From a virus (lineage: Duplodnaviria > Caudoviricetes): 64,000 bases of DNA. Each line of letters starts with the position of its first letter. The stretch's first letter is position 1. The stretch covers positions 37,853 through 101,852 of IMG/VR virus record IMGVR_UViG_3300025270_000009; one strand, given 5' to 3'. This document shows, one piece after another, positions 20,242 to 27,920 of the stretch. The notes beneath the pieces were generated by a model. The model searched no databases. It had not been told where the DNA came from and was given only the letters and a program-made list of their open reading frames with translations. A program made the translations under genes and the position numbers.

Positions 20242-20270
20242 TTTACACGGTATCTAAATGCTGAGATACT
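20242..20270 (+). promoter_or_regulatory. sigma70 promoter overlapped by operator (20250-20269)
   Basis: TTTACA-17-GATACT; operator gtatctaaatgctgagatac. Confidence 0.7.
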
Positions 20271-20276
20271 ATTTCC

Positions 20277-20430
20277 AGTTCAACAACATGACGACCTGTT
20301 GAGCCATTTGAATTCTCCACAATTCAGACGTATTACCAAGTCCTTTTGGTTAATTTTAAATCAGAGCCTTGCTTTGTGCACCGCGCACACTAGCTGAATG
20401 AAGCCCCTTTCGCCATGAGGGGCTTTTTTT
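20277..20430 (+). ncRNA. candidate multi-hairpin antisense sRNA (sRNA-1)
   Basis: Promoter, four small hairpins (three with anti-RBS-like loops), CCUUGCUU..GCUGAAUG boxes, terminator agcccc..ggggcttttttt. Confidence 0.7.
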
Positions 20431-20501
20431 ATTGCTGTCTATTGACCCCCTATCTATTTCATTTAGCATTGTCCGTGAATTCACAGAAACGGACTAACTG
20501 T

Positions 20502-20816
20502 ATGAAAAAACTACTATTTATTGGAACATTAACCCTGACACTGGCCGCTTGTGCAACTGGTCCACGACCAATGATGGCCAATGGTGAACGCTGCAAAGAA
20601 GACTACTACTCTCCGACCGGCGTACTCATGACCTGCGAACGTCAAAAGCGACAGGCCTCGATTGAAGCCAGTGAGAAGCTCAACCGTGAGCTCATTGAGT
20701 TTGCGAGACAACAAGTGCGAGAGACTAACGAACGAACAGGGTCCAGCTCTCGCGAGTGTGATGAGATTATTATTTCAAGTAGCGGTGAAGAGCTCTGCGT
20801 TATAAAGCAACGCTAG
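20502..20816 (+). CDS. lipoprotein
   Basis: MKKLLFIGTLTLTLAAC lipobox; true start 20502. Confidence 0.75.
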   Translation: MKKLLFIGTLTLTLAACATGPRPMMANGERCKEDYYSPTGVLMTCERQKRQASIEASEKLNRELIEFARQQVRETNERTGSSSRECDEIIISSSGEELCVIKQR

Positions 20817-21258
20817 TGAGTATGTAGGGGCTTTGCATAGTGGTGTGAACGTTTTTGCTTATTGAGAAGGCAACGGCCGATGTGTAAAGCTCCACAAAAT
20901 CCTGCTCAGACGTTGCGGCATCCTGAATAAACCCGACTATCATCTGCGCGACATCAAAGCTATCCCCTGGGAAGTTCAAGCACTCCCCTATTTTCTTGAA
21001 CGTCAGCTCCGCATGAGGCCCCTCAAACTGATGAAACTCAGAATGAAAGCCGGTGGTCTTGACGTGCAGCTGATAGGACAGCTCATCTTTCTCGATACCG
21101 CTAGCTTTGTTCATTTCTTTTATGAGCGGCAGCATGACTAATGCAGCCCGGTCATTACCGCTGAACGGATAGTCCTTGCTCTTGCTAACATAGCTGTTCA
21201 TAGCTGCTACGCCAATTGCCGATGGGTGTGTCATGTTGACGGCGACTTCTGGTGTCAT
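20800..21258 (-). CDS. hypothetical protein
   Basis: 152 aa ORF with AGGAG RBS. Confidence 0.7.
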   Translation of the reverse strand: MTPEVAVNMTHPSAIGVAAMNSYVSKSKDYPFSGNDRAALVMLPLIKEMNKASGIEKDELSYQLHVKTTGFHSEFHQFEGPHAELTFKKIGECLNFPGDSFDVAQMIVGFIQDAATSEQDFVELYTSAVAFSISKNVHTTMQSPYILTSVAL

Positions 21259-21690
21259 TTCACAATTACTCCTTCTGTCCTGTTGAGGCGAACTATATAA
21301 GAACGAGTTTTCAAATAAAACCCCTTGTTTTTTCTTTTAGAGCTTCAAAACCACGAATTTGCGCATTTTGTTGATAGATAACTGTCAATTTTCGGAATCT
21401 AAACCATTGATGGTAAAGGTGTTTTTAATTATTTCTGGAAAAGCGGCAATTTCTTGCCGAATGGGTATTTTTTAATCTGTTCGGGCTGTAACAAAATGTG
21501 ACAGTGCGAATTTTTGTTATCCGTACACGCCTAACGTTTTAACAATTATGCTCTATAAGTATTACTCCTATCATATCTACGTCTGTCTATAGGGATGAGT
21601 TGCAGCGAATTATCACACGGTTATTACCTAACATTTGTATATTGTGCATTTCTTTGTTTTTTAAGCGTCTTTTGGTGATTTCGGGTTAAA

Positions 21691-21730
21691 ACTCACTTAA
21701 GTGAGTGTTTCGTTGTAGTCACTTAAGTGA
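21691..21730. repeat. tandem palindromes TCACTTAAGTGA
   Basis: actcacttaagtgagt (21691-21706) and tcacttaagtga (21719-21730). Confidence 0.75.
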
Positions 21731-22091
21731 TTAGCCTGTTCTATAAGGGTTTTGGCGATTGTCTAACAAGTGCATTCATTAACTTTTCTTTTTTCTGACT
21801 TCGGCAATGGGTCAAGTAACGCTTCTCTGCAGCCCTTGTCAGTTCGTTCTGAGAGTCGGGTGGTCTGGTTCAAATTTATTGGTTAAGCGCCTTAAACTGG
21901 TGCAACCAGTTCTTTTCAAAACTTTACACTTTTGTGACTGCGGCCAATGCCACGAATTGACAGCCGGCTTTGAGCTTTTTGCTATACGGGTATAAGAGTC
22001 GATAACCTGGTGAGGCGGAAATTTGCCTAATTCCGTCGACCGGGTGATTTGGCTTGCTGTTTTGATTTGGCTGCTCGGGGAATTTTAGGCG

Positions 22092-22144
22092 TTTGGGTAT
22101 AAGGGTGAGTTTTCTGGTAGGCGGAAATTTGGGTATAAGGGTGA
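22092..22144 (+). repeat. 17-bp direct repeat tttgggtataagggtga
   Basis: Copies at 22092 and 22128; GGGTATAA core also at 21988, 27922 and 28020. Confidence 0.8.
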
Positions 22145-22247
22145 ATTTTTGATTGGCAGAAAATTTTGATTCCATCGGGGTCACGGCAGCTGAAAATCTC
22201 TAGGACTTTCAGTACCCGATTAAACTCTAATCATTCAATCGTTTTAA

Positions 22248-22379
22248 TCAATTCAGCATCATAATGCTATTACAAACAACAATCCCCGAAACGATCAAGC
22301 CGACAACGGATAATAAAGCGGCTTGTTTTAGTTGTTTATTGCGCTCTCTGCGCTTGATTCTCTTACTATAACGGCTCAT
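22248..22379 (-). CDS. small membrane peptide (43 aa)
   Basis: MSRYSKRIKRRERNKQLKQAALLSVVGLIVSGIVVCNSIMMLN; GGGAG RBS; ATGA overlap. Confidence 0.65.
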   Translation of the reverse strand: MSRYSKRIKRRERNKQLKQAALLSVVGLIVSGIVVCNSIMMLN

Positions 22380-22483
22380 AAAAACGCTCCCGATGACATA
22401 TAAGCTAGAGTAAAAGCAAACGGAACACCGACAACAACGAATAAAACGAATTGAGCGGCTTTCTTAGCGGTTTCTTTAATCAT
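22376..22483 (-). CDS. small membrane peptide (35 aa)
   Basis: MIKETAKKAAQFVLFVVVGVPFAFTLAYMSSGAFL; GGAG RBS. Confidence 0.65.
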   Translation of the reverse strand: MIKETAKKAAQFVLFVVVGVPFAFTLAYMSSGAFL

Positions 22484-22503
22484 TGCGAACACTCCGACCG
22501 ATG

Positions 22504-22533
22504 AAAAGAAAGAGCGGCACAGAATGCCGCTCT
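22504..22533 (-). terminator. intrinsic terminator
   Basis: agagcggca-cagaa-tgccgctct plus U-tract on minus strand. Confidence 0.65.
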
Positions 22534-22540
22534 GTTGCTC

Positions 22541-23218
22541 TTACTTGATATTGAATGCGGCTTTAAGCGTATTAAGCTTTTTAGTGTCCGCTGTCTCAGT
22601 CTCTAAAATACCGCCCCGACCGATCCAGTTGCCGAGCCCGATAAAAGCAAGTGACTTTAAAAACTCACGGCTTTGTGTCGCTGTCTTGTTGTCAATATGC
22701 TTTTGCAGCTTATCGACCGTGATCGCTTTCTTGTCGAAATTCTCTAAACAAAAACGGATCGCTTTTTCAAAGTTCGACAATTGCGGGTTGTATGTTTGCC
22801 CGTTCGCTTGTCGGGTTGTGTTCGCTTGATGTTTCGCTTTTTTCAGTGCGTTTTCTACGGTTTCACCGTGAAGAATGAAACATAAAGCGCTCATTTTTCC
22901 GTAGTTGTTGCGCTTTGCTTGCTCTGGATTTTTAGCGTGTTGTAATACGTCCGCTACTTTACCGGCAAAAGTGTAGTAGTTGTGTTGAGTAGCGGCTCGC
23001 TGTATAGCGTCAAAGTCGGCAGCGCTTTTGTCGGTTTCACTGATTTTTTGCGCTAGAGCTTCACGCTGCTTTGCTTGCTCTGTTGCAAACTCTGCAAAGC
23101 TCGGCTTTGTCTCTTCTGCTTTTTTCGCTGTCTGTTTGCGAGTAGCGGTTTTTTTCGCTGCTGCTTTTTTAGCGGTTTCTTTTGCTTGAGTTGCTTTAGT
23201 GTTTTTACGTTCTGACAT
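22541..23218 (-). CDS. hypothetical protein with K/A-rich N-terminus (putative pre-early DNA-binding protein)
   Basis: 225 aa; histone-like N-terminus; own operator-controlled promoter. Confidence 0.75.
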   Translation of the reverse strand: MSERKNTKATQAKETAKKAAAKKTATRKQTAKKAEETKPSFAEFATEQAKQREALAQKISETDKSAADFDAIQRAATQHNYYTFAGKVADVLQHAKNPEQAKRNNYGKMSALCFILHGETVENALKKAKHQANTTRQANGQTYNPQLSNFEKAIRFCLENFDKKAITVDKLQKHIDNKTATQSREFLKSLAFIGLGNWIGRGGILETETADTKKLNTLKAAFNIK

Positions 23219-23291
23219 AATAATTACTCTCTAAGTTTGATTGATTTTAAGCTGTATCGGCTCGGCTCTTTGTGCCGTGTCGATGATTCTT

Positions 23292-23319
23292 ATATTACAA
23301 CGCTGAGATATTCGATCAA
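23292..23319 (-). promoter_or_regulatory. promoter with operator (23292-23311)
   Basis: TTGATC..TG-TAATAT; operator atattacaacgctgagatat; AT-rich upstream region. Confidence 0.7.
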
Positions 23320-23539
23320 GTGCTTTTTATAGTTTTTTTTAATAAATTTGATTGTTTGATTACTTTTTAATCATTAGTATGTTTTTTAGTCATTCAGACA
23401 ATAAATATAAAGTTTTTGATTTTTTTCTATTGTATTTCAGCTAAAGCCGTGATAGTAACGCACGCACGTTAAATAAAAGTGCGAATCCTCGATGAGAACA
23501 CTCCTTATCCTCAACCACAGCCGTCACTTCTCTATACAG

Positions 23540-23810
23540 AATTCCAAGGACAAGCCCTCTCCCCTATGCTAATACAGCCTTTCCCTAACCCTGGCACAGC
23601 TCTCCCTGGCCATTCCTGTTGTCACAGCGCCAAGGTAACCAAGGCTGTTTTCTACAAATCCAAGGAAGCTCAGGTTTGCCCACGCTAACGCAGCCTTTCC
23701 CAAGTTTTACCAGGTCAGGCACTATATAGACCAAGGCAACCTTGGAGCCGGTGTGTGCTTACCAGTGGTCGGTCTATATCCCTACGCTAACGCAGCCATT
23801 CTTAAAATTT
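23540..23810. repeat. CCAAGG / CCTAYGCTAACGCAGCC motif cluster
   Basis: Motif copies at 23563, 23679 and 23781; ccaaggcaaccttgg at 23731. Confidence 0.75.
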
Positions 23811-23830
23811 GAGAGGATTGCCTGAAAAGG

Positions 23831-24026
23831 CGTGGCCGGCCAATGATAACGAAGATAACCAAAAGGACCGGCCGGCCACGATTGCCCGAAGGCAATTAGG
23901 GTTGGAGCGCTACTGAGTAAACTGAAGTAACAAAGAGAGAATGAAACCTCAGTAACGCCCCAAAAGTGGCGAGAAGGTGTAGACTGGACAGTAGTGCAAT
24001 GTGTGGGAAACTGTCTACACCTTCTC
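23831..24026 (-). ncRNA. structured RNA: three long-loop hairpins plus cUUCGg hairpin
   Basis: 11-, 16- and 14-bp stems with 28-30-nt loops; G-U wobbles and UUCG tetraloop only on minus strand. Confidence 0.7.
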
Positions 24027-24043
24027 TGAAAGAGTGACCACCA

Positions 24044-24292
24044 TCAGGCGGTCAAACGGGAATCTTGGGTAATTTTCAGCAAACCCTCATCCCTTTCAGC
24101 AGCAAGCATGAAATCAATAGCTTCAACCAGGGCCATGCTGAAAGTAAAGTAATGCTGCTCAGTTACTTTACGCTCCTGGTTAAGCGACGTTCTTAGCCTG
24201 AATTTATCCCCGACCTGTTTGATATGAGCAACCGCCTTATCACTGATATGCAGTTGCTCGCTCTCATCGGGGGTCTGGTAGACCCGCTTCAT
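24044..24292 (-). CDS. hypothetical protein
   Basis: 82 aa, GGAG RBS. Confidence 0.7.
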   Translation of the reverse strand: MKRVYQTPDESEQLHISDKAVAHIKQVGDKFRLRTSLNQERKVTEQHYFTFSMALVEAIDFMLAAERDEGLLKITQDSRLTA

Positions 24293-24293
24293 A

Positions 24294-24611
24294 TTAAGCG
24301 ACTCCGCTCACCACAGCCTGATAGCCTGTGAGCTTAGCGTTCTTTAAGCGCTCTTTTTGTGACACGAATGTACGGCTCTTAGTCAGCCCAAACAAACGTC
24401 TCTCACGCTCTGACAAGACACTGAACGGCTTAAGTCCTTCTTCTTGAAGAAACGCATAGCGTTGCTTATCCAACGTGAATGTCGCGCCATGCGAAAAGCC
24501 GTCTGACTTTAGTTGTTGTATCTGTTGAGCCGGTGTCATTGAAAGAAGAGCTTCCATGCTGACTGACAATTCCTTTTTGCTTTCACCGTTGCCAAAGATT
24601 GCTTGTTTCAT
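24294..24611 (-). CDS. hypothetical protein
   Basis: 105 aa, preceded by conserved leader. Confidence 0.75.
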   Translation of the reverse strand: MKQAIFGNGESKKELSVSMEALLSMTPAQQIQQLKSDGFSHGATFTLDKQRYAFLQEEGLKPFSVLSERERRLFGLTKSRTFVSQKERLKNAKLTGYQAVVSGVA

Positions 24612-24627
24612 TGTAAAATTCCTTCTG

Positions 24628-24715
24628 TTGCTTGCTTGTTTGCTGAATGTTGTTGAGCGATTTGCTGTCTCGCTTCAACGGTTTCTATATTACAGTGCTG
24701 AGATAGGGGAGCAAG
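24628..24715 (-). promoter_or_regulatory. leader/operator/promoter unit
   Basis: ttgcttgtttgctgaatg; operator 24687-24706. Confidence 0.75.
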
Positions 24716-24734
24716 CGAAGTTAAGAACTTAAAT

Positions 24735-24850
24735 CCCTACGCTTTCTAGCTCTACTCCAAGGACGCCTTGGTTTATACAGAACCAGTGGACGACAGGCAT
24801 TCCTACGCTAACGCAGCCAGTCCTAAAACCTGCCTTGGCAACCTTGAACC
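24735..24850. repeat. second CCAAGG-N3-CCTTGG / CCTACGCTAACGCAGCC cluster
   Basis: Copies at 24757 and 24802. Confidence 0.75.
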
Positions 24851-24916
24851 GGGTGAGAAACAAAAAAGGGCGACCGAAGCCGCCCAAACTTGCAGTGACA
24901 AGTTAAAAGACTCTGA

Positions 24917-25165
24917 TTAACGCTCGACCTCTGCGTAAACGTCCGAATCAACGTCCTGGCCAATTTCTTTCACAATATCGGTAGGAATAGGCATCAGAAA
25001 CTGAATTTTTCGTGAAATTCCGTCTTCAAACAAAACGTTTAAATGCTCTCCACCAACATATTTAATCTCCACCGGCTCCTGAGTAAACTGCTCTAACATT
25101 CGTCCGTCCACCAGATACGGTGTGGTGGTTTTCTTCATCACGTTTTTAAGGTGTTGTAGTTTCAT
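24917..25165 (-). CDS. hypothetical protein
   Basis: 82 aa; GAGG RBS; followed by UUCG terminator 24862-24885. Confidence 0.7.
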   Translation of the reverse strand: MKLQHLKNVMKKTTTPYLVDGRMLEQFTQEPVEIKYVGGEHLNVLFEDGISRKIQFLMPIPTDIVKEIGQDVDSDVYAEVER

Positions 25166-25172
25166 TCTTACC

Positions 25173-25505
25173 TCACAGTGTTATTTCTAAAAGTTCAAAT
25201 TCGAAGCTGTTGGGTGAAATGTGGTATTCAAAACCGAAGCTATCATCCAGTGCGTTTATCTCTAATGGCTTGAACACCTCCAAAGCGTTACGAGAAAACA
25301 TTGCCTTGATGTAACCCTTAAGCGTCAGCCCTGCGTCACCCGCTTCTTCACGCCAGTCTTTCTCCAGGTTTGGAGTGTGCTTCATAAGCCTTACCATAAG
25401 CTCGGGCAACGTATCTCTGTCATCGAGATCGGCAGAAAAGGTGTGCTTGTTCTCCGCATTTTCAATGTCTATCAAAACCAGCGTCTGTTGTGATTTAAGG
25501 TTCAT
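25173..25505 (-). CDS. hypothetical protein
   Basis: 110 aa; preceded by leader and operator 25540-25559. Confidence 0.75.
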   Translation of the reverse strand: MNLKSQQTLVLIDIENAENKHTFSADLDDRDTLPELMVRLMKHTPNLEKDWREEAGDAGLTLKGYIKAMFSRNALEVFKPLEINALDDSFGFEYHISPNSFEFELLEITL

Positions 25506-25691
25506 TACTCGTTCTCTCTTGCTTGCTGAATGTGAGTGTATATTACAACACTGAAATAGGCACTCAACAGCTTATCATAAACTATTTACCTCACAGCCGG
25601 CTTGGAATAGGAATAATTGTTTAGTCATTCGCTTGAACGCCTTTGTGTCAGTGTCATAATACACACTCATTCATAAAGAGAGAGAAAAACA

Positions 25692-25943
25692 ATGTCTGAA
25701 AAAGAGCCGAATTTCCTACGTGAAATCATGCAAGTGTTTATCCCGTCTACTCACAAATTTTATGAATTGAACGAGTTTGAGGACGGGAGCTTTAAAATTA
25801 CTGAGCAAACGATTGATGAAAAAATTGTAACAATTGAAGAAGCCGACCTTGTTGACTTCTACGGCGGCAAAACAATCAACTCTTACGAGAGTAAAGAAGA
25901 AGCTGTTGAGCAATTTAAGGAGCTGACATTCTCACAAATCTAA
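25692..25943 (+). CDS. hypothetical acidic protein
   Basis: 83 aa; TTGAAC..CATAAT promoter, AGAGAG RBS, UUCG terminator 25946-25972. Confidence 0.75.
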   Translation: MSEKEPNFLREIMQVFIPSTHKFYELNEFEDGSFKITEQTIDEKIVTIEEADLVDFYGGKTINSYESKEEAVEQFKELTFSQI

Positions 25944-26039
25944 GCAAGCGGCCTTCGGGCCGTTTCTTTTTTGTCAGCCGGCACCAAGGAAGCCTTGGTA
26001 TGAGTGGATTAAACAAAAAAGCGGCCGAAGCCGCCTTTC

Positions 26040-26261
26040 TCAGTCCGTTAATACATAGCAGTGCCAATAATCTCTCAAACTCACCTCTGCAATGCTCTGA
26101 TAACTTCTCATCATGGAAAAGTAATCATCCAGGTTATAAATAACGGCTTCAGGATGCTCAACCTCAACCGGCTCTTGGGTTAAGAAACTGGTTCCATCAA
26201 GCTCTTCTGCCTGTTCAAGCGTGTATTCGCTCTTAGGGAGTAATACAATTGTTGTTGCCAT
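26040..26261 (-). CDS. hypothetical protein
   Basis: 73 aa, last gene of operon, terminator 26015-26035. Confidence 0.65.
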   Translation of the reverse strand: MATTIVLLPKSEYTLEQAEELDGTSFLTQEPVEVEHPEAVIYNLDDYFSMMRSYQSIAEVSLRDYWHCYVLTD

Positions 26262-26263
26262 AA

Positions 26264-26515
26264 CTAATCCTTACCGATATTGACGTAAGTGACCCAAACC
26301 GTATCCAGGTCAATCGCCTCATCGTTACAGTCGTCCATAAACTGCGACAGAGTCATCACCTGAATATCGCAACACAGCGTATTACCTTCTTTGTTCACCG
26401 TCTCAGCAACCGCCTGAATGCTCTCAAACGGTCTGTCCTGGATTAGTTCGGCCACAGCCCGACCATCATTCACCCGAGCGGTTGGAATCAGTACTATATG
26501 CTTCTCAGACATCAC
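26264..26515 (-). CDS. hypothetical protein
   Basis: 83 aa, coupled; similar length and C-terminal W-x-x-YV to neighbour 26040..26261. Confidence 0.65.
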   Translation of the reverse strand: MMSEKHIVLIPTARVNDGRAVAELIQDRPFESIQAVAETVNKEGNTLCCDIQVMTLSQFMDDCNDEAIDLDTVWVTYVNIGKD

Positions 26516-26774
26516 GCTTCTCCTCTCTGGCCTTCACCCAACCGTAATGGTCGGCTATCGCCCTTAAAATGTTCAAAATCTCTTCTTCGCCTTTGAAAAA
26601 TCCAAAGATCGAATTGCCATGCTTAGATTGAATGTACCCCTCTAAAGCATTCACCCGATAAAAGCTGCCCTCCGGGTATTCCTCAGACAAAAACCGCCAA
26701 AAATCTGTCTCTACCATCGGAATGTTAGACGGATTGCCAGCCTTCATTTCTTCAAGAATTTTCTCTCTGTCCAT
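26505..26774 (-). CDS. hypothetical protein
   Basis: 89 aa, coupled. Confidence 0.65.
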   Translation of the reverse strand: MDREKILEEMKAGNPSNIPMVETDFWRFLSEEYPEGSFYRVNALEGYIQSKHGNSIFGFFKGEEEILNILRAIADHYGWVKAREEKRDV

Positions 26775-26777
26775 AGC

Positions 26778-27020
26778 CTACACCGCTGATAGTTCGTAAA
26801 TAACATGACCCTCACGCTCAGCCCAATCGACTAAGTGACGAGTCACCTCTGTCCAGTTCTTAGGAGCCGGTTTATCGCTTGGCCAACCGTCTCCTGCCCA
26901 AATCTCTTCCAGCTCTTCACCGTTATTCCAGTCACCGGCGATGAGAACGTTCGAGCTCTCATCCCAGTCACCAAAACAACTGATCCGGTGGCCACGATAG
27001 GTAATGACTGTTTTACTCAT
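26778..27020 (-). CDS. hypothetical protein
   Basis: 80 aa, GGAGG RBS. Confidence 0.7.
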   Translation of the reverse strand: MSKTVITYRGHRISCFGDWDESSNVLIAGDWNNGEELEEIWAGDGWPSDKPAPKNWTEVTRHLVDWAEREGHVIYELSAV

Positions 27021-27283
27021 GACGCCTCCGGATCGAAGTTAATGAACAGGTCGGCCACACTCTCGATAGCCACCCACATTTCATCAACGGTAAAGTCCTG
27101 GTAAGACTCAGCCGGTACCAAGTCACCGAAGTCGTTTGAACCATCGGGCATTTCATAAAGGGTCTTCAATGCCTGGTCAGCGGTTACCTCGTGCTCGGCA
27201 GGATTGTCACTGTCAGACACATTGTTGAAGAATAAAAGGAGTGAGCGCTTGTTGTAGGCTTCACGTATTTCATTGGCTGTCAT
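27017..27283 (-). CDS. hypothetical acidic protein
   Basis: Start reassigned to MTANE (27283), downstream of leader and operator 27319-27338. Confidence 0.7.
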   Translation of the reverse strand: MTANEIREAYNKRSLLLFFNNVSDSDNPAEHEVTADQALKTLYEMPDGSNDFGDLVPAESYQDFTVDEMWVAIESVADLFINFDPEAS

Positions 27284-27449
27284 AATAGACTCCACTTGCT
27301 GTTGCTGAATGTGCTTATATATTACATTGCTGAGATAGGCACGCAATAGCGACCGTTTATTCATATTCCTGCATAACTATCCACTATTTAAAACAAACCC
27401 TCGGGGATTTTTCTCGAAAACTGCATACCTACCCACACAAAGTGAATAA

Positions 27450-27780
27450 AACCCAAGGATTCCACGCATAAATACCCTATACAAACCCAAACCAACCAAG
27501 GACGCCTTGGATTAAACCCGACCTGCAGGTAACAGCCGGCCAAGGACTCTACATTCCTATGCTTTCATAGCCTTTCCCAAATTCTGACAGCCAAGGCTCT
27601 CTACAAACCTATGCTAACGCAACCAGTCCTGAATTCTGCTATAACTCCCTCACTCAATGTCGTTCCAAGAGCTTCACAGGCACGAGAACACGTCTAAAAG
27701 GGAAAACCTAAGCAACCATACCACCCAAGGGCTTACAATCGCTTACAGAGCGTGTCAGGCTTCCTTGGTTCAATCCCACA
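27450..27780. repeat. third CCAAGG / CCTATGCTAACGCA cluster
   Basis: ccaaggacgccttgg at 27496; motif copies at 27556 and 27608. Confidence 0.7.
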
Positions 27781-27844
27781 AGGGCTGGCAGTTATGTTTA
27801 TCACCGACTGTTGCTCACCACCGGCTGCGTGTTACTATAAACAC

Positions 27845-27920
27845 CGTCATGAAGAGCTGATTACTCTTTTTGATTATTTTAAGCTGTATTAGCCCTGGCC
27901 TCACGGTCGGGGCTTTTTTA
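27845..27920 (+). ncRNA. candidate antisense sRNA (sRNA-3) to leader of gene 22541..23218
   Basis: TTGCTC..TACTAT promoter; 8+7+14-nt identity blocks to 23223-23257; G-U-containing terminator plus U6. Confidence 0.72.

Noticed and set aside
20277-20430. CsrB/RsmZ-like sponge on the minus strand (GGA loops)
   Set aside because: Promoter and terminator U-tract are both on the plus strand, and there are only two GGA loops.
21619-21650. dif-like XerCD site
   Set aside because: Only partial TAACAT match, wrong central spacing and poor XerC arm.
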